Positions 36,850 to 42,841 of a stretch of 42,841 nucleotides of DNA are shown here, piece by piece (within the stretch, counting starts at the first letter, position 1; each line of letters opens with the position of its first letter). Location of the stretch: the IMG/VR virus record IMGVR_UViG_3300030019_000001. One strand, 5' to 3'. The position numbers and the translations under genes are program-made. A model generated the notes under the pieces. That model saw only the letters and a program-made list of their open reading frames with translations. It did not search any database and was not told the DNA's origin. Source of the DNA: a virus. Its lineage: Duplodnaviria > Heunggongvirae > Uroviricota > Caudoviricetes.

Positions 36850-36883
36850 AAAAAAAGAGTAGATTTTTATCTGCTCTTTTTTT
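36850..36883. terminator. Hairpin AAAAAAAGAGTAGAT-tttt-ATCTGCTCTTTTTTT (15-bp stem with one G:U pair) between the convergent stops at 36843-36845 and 36885-36887
   Basis: Read directly; it looks like a classic intrinsic terminator with a trailing T-run and is also symmetric. Confidence 0.65.
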
Positions 36884-36884
36884 A

Positions 36885-37286
36885 TTAAACTATTTCAATT
36901 GTGATTTTGATTCCTTTTTTTTGTGCTGCTATCATATTGTCACATACTTTATTCATCCAAAATCTAGAATTTGTAACTTCTCCTTTAACTTTATTTTCTC
37001 CTACAATTACACAACCTGATGTAGATGTTTCATTTATTCCATTATGAATACGAATACCATCAAATCCTGGTACATCTATTAATAAAGGTAGTAATCTTTT
37101 GAATCTATTTGACATGTTTACAATTACTTTATATTTTCCAATTGGAATTGCAGTTTTGTCTTTTATTTTAATATTTCTAACAACATCTTCAATAGTGTCA
37201 CAAATATATATACCGTTTTCATATAGTTTACCTATTGTATATTTATCATTGTGAAATATTCTACATAATTTATATTCTAAATTCAT
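36885..37286 (-). CDS. Hypothetical protein (133 aa) with a His/Cys motif IRIHNGINETSTSGCVIVG reminiscent of L,D-transpeptidase-like (YkuD-fold) cysteine hydrolases
   Basis: ORF with an ATG; identification rests on a weak motif only. Confidence 0.45.
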   Translation of the reverse strand: MNLEYKLCRIFHNDKYTIGKLYENGIYICDTIEDVVRNIKIKDKTAIPIGKYKVIVNMSNRFKRLLPLLIDVPGFDGIRIHNGINETSTSGCVIVGENKVKGEVTNSRFWMNKVCDNMIAAQKKGIKITIEIV

Positions 37287-37301
37287 ATTTACTTATTTTT
37301 T

Positions 37302-37628
37302 TTAGTCAACGTAATCAAAAACATAATCCTCATCAACATAAGTAGTACTATTATTTTTTTTGGTATACCCTCCACTATTATAGCTACTTCTAAAATGATT
37401 ATTCATGTTATTTTCAGTCATATAATATAGTCTAAATTTTTCATTTAATTCCCATATTTTTTGTTCTTGAATTCTTTGCTTTTCAAGTTTATGATATTTT
37501 TCGTTCTCAATTTCCTTATACATATCATCAAGATTCATCATAATAATATTTTTTATTTTTCTTTTGTTTATATATAAATATTTTTTTATTTTTATTGAAT
37601 ATATTATAATATTAACATTTAATAACAT
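37302..37628 (-). CDS. Hypothetical protein (108 aa)
   Basis: ORF with an ATG. Confidence 0.4.
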   Translation of the reverse strand: MLLNVNIIIYSIKIKKYLYINKRKIKNIIMMNLDDMYKEIENEKYHKLEKQRIQEQKIWELNEKFRLYYMTENNMNNHFRSSYNSGGYTKKNNSTTYVDEDYVFDYVD

Positions 37629-37711
37629 TTTTAAAAATTATATATAAAATGGATAGTTTTTATTTTTTGTTCCTAATATACCATTACTTTGATAATGTAT
37701 ATCAATCATTA

Positions 37712-39352
37712 TTATAAATGGATTAGTTGTTGTACCCCTGTTATAGTAGGTATACTATTTACATTTAATGCAATTTCAATAATTCCATCAATTTCTAATA
37801 ATGATGTATTTAAATGAGTTGAATCTCCACCTATATTACTTAATTTGATTTCATCTATAAAATGTCCCCATCTTGGACGATCTGTTGTTCCTGTTACAGA
37901 AATTGTTTGTGGTATAGTCAATTCAGAATTGAATGTTTGTCCTGATTGGTTATAACCTTTACTGTAATTTACATAATAGTTTAATGCAAATGTTCCTGAA
38001 ATTGCTGTACCATTATGACTCCAATGTGTGTGTAAATATATATCAGAGTTTGGTAAATAATCATGTGGCATATGATATGTAATATTATCTATCTTATCAT
38101 TAACTTGAAATGTATAATTAAGTATATTAGTTCCTCTTAACGGTGATAATGAAGGAGCAGTAGATCCACCAACCCTTGGTATTATCTGACCGATTAAATC
38201 TTTATATCCAAATGTCGGTGTTGTATTGTCTATCATTATACCTGTTCCTGACAACTTTGGTAATATTAAATTACCATTTAAATTTAATAATGAATTATGA
38301 TATGTTAATCCACTTTCAACATTTACATTTGGAGATGATACATTTAATGTAAGTAGTCCATAATTCGTTGTACCATTTAATGATACTGTTCCTGAACTTC
38401 CTGATGTTCCATTGGTTCCTGAACTTCCTGATGTTCCATTGGTTCCTGAACTTCCTGACGTTCCATTCGTTCCTGATGTTCCATTTGTGCCTGAACTTCC
38501 TGATGTTCCATTTGTTCCTGACGTTCCATTTGTTCCTGACGTTCCATTCGTTCCTGATGTTCCATTTGTGCCTGAACTTCCTGATGTTCCATTTGTTCCT
38601 GATGTTCCATTTGTTCCTGACGTTCCATTTGTTCCTGACGTTCCATTCGTTCCTGATGTTCCATCTGTTCCTGAACTTCCTGATGTTCCATTCGTTCCTG
38701 ATGTTCCATCTATTCCTGATGTTCCATCTATTCCTGATGTTCCATCTATTCCTGATGTTCCATCTATTCCTGATGTTCCATCTGTTCCTGAACTTCCCGA
38801 TGTTCCATCTGTTCCTGAAATTCCTGATGTTCCATCTATTCCTGATGTTCCATCTATTCCTGAAGGACCAGGAGCACCATTTAATGATACATTCCAAAAA
38901 TTATATGTTCCGCTACCAATAGATGAAGTAATATTTGAAAATATTTCACCTGTTATTTTATTATATGATAATATATAATTTATCATTAAATTTGATGAGT
39001 CATGTGTTATTATAATATCTTGTCCTGTAGATAATGATAAATTAGGCTCAACAAAAAATGATATTGTACCTCCTGTTGATATTTCTAATGTATTATTCGA
39101 AAATGTAGTATATTTATCTCCACTTAATCCATTTGTTCCTGAACTTCCATTTGTTCCTGAACTTCCATTTGTACCTGATGTTCCATCTGTTCCTGATGTT
39201 CCATCTGTTCCTGAACTTCCATTTGTTCCTGAACTTCCATTTGTTCCTGATGTGTGAGAAATGCCAGATAGAGATTCTAAATATGAAAAATTACCGTCCA
39301 TTTCGGTTATAGTTAATCTTTCTCCTTTTTGTTGTCTTAAAATTAAACTCAT
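37712..39352 (-). CDS. Collagen-like triple-helix repeat protein (two G-X-Y blocks, about 45 and about 150 residues, of GT(S/N/D)G(S/T)SGT type) with a C-terminal globular domain of about 230 aa
   Basis: GTNGSSGTDGTSGTDGTSGTNGSSGTNG... and GPSGIDGTSGIDGTSGISGTDGTSGSSGTDG... runs. Repeats at the DNA level generate four spurious overlapping ORFs. Confidence 0.8.
   Translation of the reverse strand: MSLILRQQKGERLTITEMDGNFSYLESLSGISHTSGTNGSSGTNGSSGTDGTSGTDGTSGTNGSSGTNGSSGTNGLSGDKYTTFSNNTLEISTGGTISFFVEPNLSLSTGQDIIITHDSSNLMINYILSYNKITGEIFSNITSSIGSGTYNFWNVSLNGAPGPSGIDGTSGIDGTSGISGTDGTSGSSGTDGTSGIDGTSGIDGTSGIDGTSGIDGTSGTNGTSGSSGTDGTSGTNGTSGTNGTSGTNGTSGTNGTSGSSGTNGTSGTNGTSGTNGTSGTNGTSGSSGTNGTSGTNGTSGSSGTNGTSGSSGTNGTSGSSGTVSLNGTTNYGLLTLNVSSPNVNVESGLTYHNSLLNLNGNLILPKLSGTGIMIDNTTPTFGYKDLIGQIIPRVGGSTAPSLSPLRGTNILNYTFQVNDKIDNITYHMPHDYLPNSDIYLHTHWSHNGTAISGTFALNYYVNYSKGYNQSGQTFNSELTIPQTISVTGTTDRPRWGHFIDEIKLSNIGGDSTHLNTSLLEIDGIIEIALNVNSIPTITGVQQLIHL
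38400..38880. repeat. Coding 9/18-bp (G-X-Y) tandem repeats of the collagen-like gene (the major block; a minor block is at about 39121-39255)
   Basis: ggaacatca/ggaacgtca/ggaacatcagg units repeated. Confidence 0.8.
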
Positions 39353-39355
39353 ATT

Positions 39356-39395
39356 TTTTTAATGTTTTTTAATGTTTTTTAACTTTTTTATTAAT
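39356..39395. repeat. Three to four tandem copies of a 10-bp unit (TTTTTTAATG) immediately upstream of the collagen-like gene start
   Basis: atttttttaatgttttttaatgttttttaactttttta read directly. Confidence 0.6.
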
Positions 39396-39672
39396 GTTAT
39401 TTTATTTTTAAATTAAAAATATAATAGAAACAATCACTAAAATATAATATTTTTTTTGATTGTGGTGTTTTTATGATATATAATTTGTTGATTTTTCATT
39501 TAATGACAAATTACACTGATTTAAATGAGTTTTTATTCTATTATAGATAAAAAACGTTTTCCACATAATATATATAATTTTTCATAAATATATTTGAATC
39601 AGTAATAGCAATAAACTTTTTAAAAAATAAATAGTATAATTAGTTATGATTAAATAAAAATAATACGATTGA

Positions 39673-39894
39673 ATGGGTTTTATAAGAACTATTAAAGGAG
39701 ATGATGGTAAACCATATATTTCATTAGAAGATTTAATTGGAGAAGTTGAAGAGGCTAGTAATTTTAGTATTGAATACAAGAATGAGGGTAAGAAAAAAAT
39801 AGATTTCGTTGAAATTATATTATCCACTTTACATAACATGGAAAAGGAATATTACGAAAAATGTTTATTTAGAAGAAATGATGATAAATTATGA
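39673..39894 (+). CDS. Hypothetical small protein (73 aa)
   Basis: ORF with an ATG in a long AT-rich intergenic region. Confidence 0.35.
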   Translation: MGFIRTIKGDDGKPYISLEDLIGEVEEASNFSIEYKNEGKKKIDFVEIILSTLHNMEKEYYEKCLFRRNDDKL

Positions 39895-40102
39895 CAGGAC
39901 AAGCAGTAAATATAACTATGAGTGATTCATATTGTGATATATTTAGTATAAATTTTACTTATAATCAGACAATTGAATATATTATTGAAATAATATCATA
40001 AAATGTTTTGTTATTAGGAAAAAATGTTGTAAATTTGCACTATCAATTACAATAGATAATTAAATAAACTATATAGTAAAGTATATACATATATAATAAG
40101 TT

Positions 40103-40396
40103 ATGGAGAAAATAAAAACAAAATCATTGGAAGACATTTTATCAGAAAATGGTATTTCTAGTAATACTGAAGAAGAGTATAAATTAATATTGTGGAATGA
40201 TGATGTGAATTCATTCGAATGGGTAATAACTTGTCTAATGGCATATTTAAAATTTTCATTTGAAAGAGGTCAAGCATCAGCTTATAATGTTCATCTTATA
40301 GGTAAAGATATTATTAAAACTGGCTCAAAAGAATCATTGGAGCCTTACAAAAAATTATTAGAAGAGAAAGGATTATCTCTCACAATAGAACAATAA
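40103..40396 (+). CDS. clpS: ClpS-like ATP-dependent Clp protease adaptor (N-degron recognition)
   Basis: YKLILWNDDVNSFEWVITCLMAYLKFSFERGQASAYNVHLIGKDIIKTGSKESLEPYKKLLEEKGLSL aligns with the ClpS core [24 protein letters not shown]...A.QLML.VH..GKA. Confidence 0.8.
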   Translation: MEKIKTKSLEDILSENGISSNTEEEYKLILWNDDVNSFEWVITCLMAYLKFSFERGQASAYNVHLIGKDIIKTGSKESLEPYKKLLEEKGLSLTIEQ

Positions 40397-40397
40397 A

Positions 40398-40676
40398 ATG
40401 AAAAAAAATACAATAGATTATATTTTGTATATTTATACTACTTTTATATTAAAAAATAAAAGTGGTGATATTTATAAAAAATGGGCAATTCCATTTATGA
40501 CATTATTAGAATGGACATATAATTTGTACATTTTTATTTTCGCTTTAATATTATACTTACCATTTTTATTGATTTCAATGACTATTGGCGAAAAATTGAA
40601 AATTAAGAAATTTCAATTAATGAGAGAAATTGTCAAATATAATAACATAACAAATAACAATAATAAAATTAATTAA
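40398..40676 (+). CDS. Small predicted membrane protein (92 aa) between clpS and clpC
   Basis: Hydrophobic helices [13 protein letters not shown] and [22 protein letters not shown]. Confidence 0.4.
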   Translation: MKKNTIDYILYIYTTFILKNKSGDIYKKWAIPFMTLLEWTYNLYIFIFALILYLPFLLISMTIGEKLKIKKFQLMREIVKYNNITNNNNKIN

Positions 40677-40680
40677 GCCT

Positions 40681-42841
40681 ATGAATTACTCGAAAGAAGT
40701 AGAAGAAGTTATTAAACTAAGTAAGGGAATTGCAATTATTATTCAATCTAACACAATCAGGCCTGAGCATTTATTCTTAGCAATGATAGATGAGGAATAT
40801 TCTGAAGCATCTAATATAATGAGAGATTTAAATCTCAATATTAATGCTATCAAATCAACAATTCGTGATTGGTCTAAAGATTTACAAAAACAGAATGGTT
40901 TGAATTCTCTTAGAAAGAATGCTTCTATTCCATTAGAATTAGAAACTGAAAAAATTCTAAAAGAATCTGTGGTTTTTGCCAAATCAATGGACTCAGATGA
41001 AGTTTGTATTGAGCATGTTTTTTATGCAATATTGGATAATAATAATAACCTTGTTTCAGATTTATTTAATAAATCACCTGAAATTTTAAGAAGTTTAAAA
41101 AACAAATTAAAAAATGAAGAAGATGAACTTAATATTAATGATGAATTAGAAAATAGTAACATGGACGAAGAACAAGAACAAGAAGTAAAAGGAAAGAGCA
41201 AATCAAAAACTAAATTGATTGATCAATTTGGTACAAATCTGACCAATCTTGCAAAAGAAGGTAAACTTGATCCAGTAGTAGGACGTGCAGATGAAATTAA
41301 AAGAATCTCACAGATTTTATCAAGACGTAAGAAAAACAATCCTGTTTTGGTAGGAGAACCTGGAGTAGGAAAATCTGCTATTGTAGAAGGATTGGCTCAG
41401 TTAATCGTAGATGGACTTGTTCCTGAAAATTTACAGGATAAGAAAATTATTACTCTTGATATGGGTTCTTTAGTAGCAGGAACTAAATATCGTGGTGAAT
41501 TTGAACAAAGATTAAGAGGTATTGTCAAAGAAATGGAAGAAAATCCTGACATTATTCTTTTTATTGATGAAATTCATACTATTATAGGTGCTGGCTCAGC
41601 CCAAGGTTCACTCGATGCTTCCAATATGTTGAAACCAGGATTAGCAAGAGGTACATTTAGATGTATTGGTGCTACTACACTTGAAGAATATCGTAAGTAT
41701 GTAGAAAAAGATGCTGCATTAGAACGTAGATTTCAGAAAGTTGTTGTTGAGGCAACCAGTAAGTCAGAAACTTTAGAAATTCTGAAAAATATAAAAAAAC
41801 AATATGAAGATCATCACAAAGTTACATATACTGATGATGCATTAGAAGCTTGTGTTAATTTGTCTGGTAAATATATATCAGAAAAATTCTTTCCAGATAA
41901 GGCAATTGATGTTCTTGATGAGGCTGGCGCTATGGTTCACGTTAATGGTACAAGTGCTATTCCTGTAAAAATTGTTGAACTCAGCAAAAAAATAAAAATA
42001 TCTATTGTGGAAAAACTTGATTGTATTTCAAATCAGAAATATGAAATTGCTGCTGAACATAGAGATAATGAAAAACAATGGAAATCTGAACTTGAAACTG
42101 AAAAAGAAACATGGAGTCAATCACATTCTGATAATCGTCCTTTGGTAACACAACAGGATATAGCTGAAGTTGTTGCTCTTATAACAAAAATACCTGTAGA
42201 TAATGTTTCTGTTGATGAAAACAATAAGCTTAAATATATGGCTAATAAAGTTAAAACTATTGTTATTGGACAAGATGAAGCAGTTGACAAAATAGTTCAA
42301 TCAGTTAAGAGATCAAGAGTTGGTATAAATAGTCATGATAAACCAGTTGGCACATTTATTTTCTCAGGACCTACTGGAGTAGGTAAAACATATCTTGCTA
42401 AAATTATGGCAAAGGAGTTATTTGGTTCTGAAGATGCTATGATTAGAATTGATATGAGTGAATTTATGGAAAAATTCTCAGTATCTAGATTAGTAGGAGC
42501 ACCTCCTGGATATGTTGGATATGAAGATGGTGGTAAATTAACTGAAGCAGTTAGACGTAAGCCTTATTCTATTATTCTTCTTGATGAAATTGAAAAAGCT
42601 CACCCTGATGTTCAAAATATCCTTCTTCAAGTGTTGGATGATGGTGTATTGACAGATAGTAATGGACGTAAAGTCGATTTTAAAAATACTATTATTGTTA
42701 TGACAACAAATGCTGGTTCACGAAAATTGAAAGATTTTGGTACTGGTATTGGATTTGGACTTAATAAAAATAATCAAGACTCTAAAAATTCAGTTCTTAA
42801 AAAAGAATTAGAAAAAGTTTTTAGTCCTGAATTTTTAAATC
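40681..42841 (+). CDS. clpC: ClpC/ClpA-class Hsp100 unfoldase, partial (at least 720 aa; the 3' end is beyond the window): Clp N-domain repeats, AAA+ D1, a short middle domain with a UVR-like motif, and AAA+ D2 with an IGF ClpP-docking loop
   Basis: [15 protein letters not shown] (Walker A, D1), [15 protein letters not shown] (Walker B), [15 protein letters not shown] (UVR-like), [14 protein letters not shown] (Walker A, D2), [26 protein letters not shown], and GTGIGFGL. It is not in the ORF track because it runs off the window. Confidence 0.9.
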   Translation, partial: MNYSKEVEEVIKLSKGIAIIIQSNTIRPEHLFLAMIDEEYSEASNIMRDLNLNINAIKSTIRDWSKDLQKQNGLNSLRKNASIPLELETEKILKESVVFAKSMDSDEVCIEHVFYAILDNNNNLVSDLFNKSPEILRSLKNKLKNEEDELNINDELENSNMDEEQEQEVKGKSKSKTKLIDQFGTNLTNLAKEGKLDPVVGRADEIKRISQILSRRKKNNPVLVGEPGVGKSAIVEGLAQLIVDGLVPENLQDKKIITLDMGSLVAGTKYRGEFEQRLRGIVKEMEENPDIILFIDEIHTIIGAGSAQGSLDASNMLKPGLARGTFRCIGATTLEEYRKYVEKDAALERRFQKVVVEATSKSETLEILKNIKKQYEDHHKVTYTDDALEACVNLSGKYISEKFFPDKAIDVLDEAGAMVHVNGTSAIPVKIVELSKKIKISIVEKLDCISNQKYEIAAEHRDNEKQWKSELETEKETWSQSHSDNRPLVTQQDIAEVVALITKIPVDNVSVDENNKLKYMANKVKTIVIGQDEAVDKIVQSVKRSRVGINSHDKPVGTFIFSGPTGVGKTYLAKIMAKELFGSEDAMIRIDMSEFMEKFSVSRLVGAPPGYVGYEDGGKLTEAVRRKPYSIILLDEIEKAHPDVQNILLQVLDDGVLTDSNGRKVDFKNTIIVMTTNAGSRKLKDFGTGIGFGLNKNNQDSKNSVLKKELEKVFSPEFLN

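Noticed and set aside
38316-38978. Four overlapping ORFs (38316-38897, 38368-38922, 38377-38709, 38412-38978)
   Set aside because: They are alternative frames of the collagen-like G-X-Y repeat DNA. Only the 546-aa minus-strand frame gives canonical Gly-every-third-residue collagen triplets.
1-42841. Mimivirus-type AAAATTGA early promoter octamer
   Set aside because: I searched the intergenic regions by eye and found only one-mismatch variants and intragenic copies, so I cannot claim it. This weakens, but does not exclude, a Mimiviridae placement.
1-42841. Poxvirus-type TAAATG late promoter at start codons (entomopoxvirus hypothesis)
   Set aside because: Only one start (17850) has TAAATG. 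Most starts are ATATGAAA or CATGAAA, and the collagen-like, ClpS/ClpC and GIY-YIG repeat genes do not fit poxviruses.
1-42841. tRNA, rRNA or CRISPR features
   Set aside because: No GC-richer cloverleaf-like stretches were seen in the few intergenic regions. All tandem repeats found are coding or promoter microrepeats, not repeat-spacer arrays.
1-42841. Alternative genetic code (TGA=Trp, as in Mycoplasma/Spiroplasma phages) suggested by AT-richness and ATGA overlaps
   Set aside because: Reading through TGA at the junctions runs into further stops within a few codons. Conserved domains (DnaJ, ClpC, Mre11-Rad50) are intact under the standard code.
1-42841. Firmicutes or typical bacterial phage origin
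   Set aside because: No Shine-Dalgarno-like purine tracts were seen upstream of any start codon inspected. An SD-less bacterial host remains possible, so this is a reduced-likelihood call, not an exclusion.

Overview
The window is a strongly AT-rich, gene-dense stretch of about 43 kb with near gap-free coding on both strands. Genes sit in alternating-orientation blocks and frequently overlap by ATGA (stop overlapping the next start). No rRNA, tRNA, CRISPR array or Shine-Dalgarno sequence was seen. The gene content looks like a large dsDNA virus, most consistent with a Mimiviridae-like giant virus; a jumbo phage of a host that does not use Shine-Dalgarno sequences cannot be excluded. Recognisable products: a GH19-type lysozyme/chitinase (partial, at the 5' edge), a NUDIX hydrolase, a type-I DnaJ/Hsp40, and a ClpS adaptor immediately upstream of a ClpC/ClpA-class double-AAA+ unfoldase (partial, at the 3' edge). 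Also present: a single-chain Mre11(SbcD)-Rad50(SbcC) fusion, an A22/RuvC-like Holliday-junction resolvase, an HNH endonuclease, two freestanding GIY-YIG endonucleases that each carry 4-5 copies of a ~43-aa W..E.C..EA.KY..R.EF...AY.....W...IC.HM repeat, a collagen-like (G-X-Y) protein, a protein of about 20 tandem 15-aa repeats, a Trp/Gly-rich MORN-like repeat protein, a short HAD-like phosphatase and a class-I methyltransferase-like protein. Two things are not explained by the ordinary annotation. (1) At least 14 small ORFs of more than two sequence families, at four loci, share a terminal cassette: C-terminus ...K(K/Y)FN(I/L)-stop encoded by AAATTYAAYWTATGA with the stop overlapping the next ATG, and an N-terminus MK.(I/L)K.(F/Y)E(E/N) or MI(I/T)(E/N)FK.FEN. 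The same DNA junction occurs once out of frame, so it is at least partly a DNA-level element. (2) Every convergent gene pair is separated by a perfect 11-24-bp palindromic hairpin placed exactly between or over the two stop codons.
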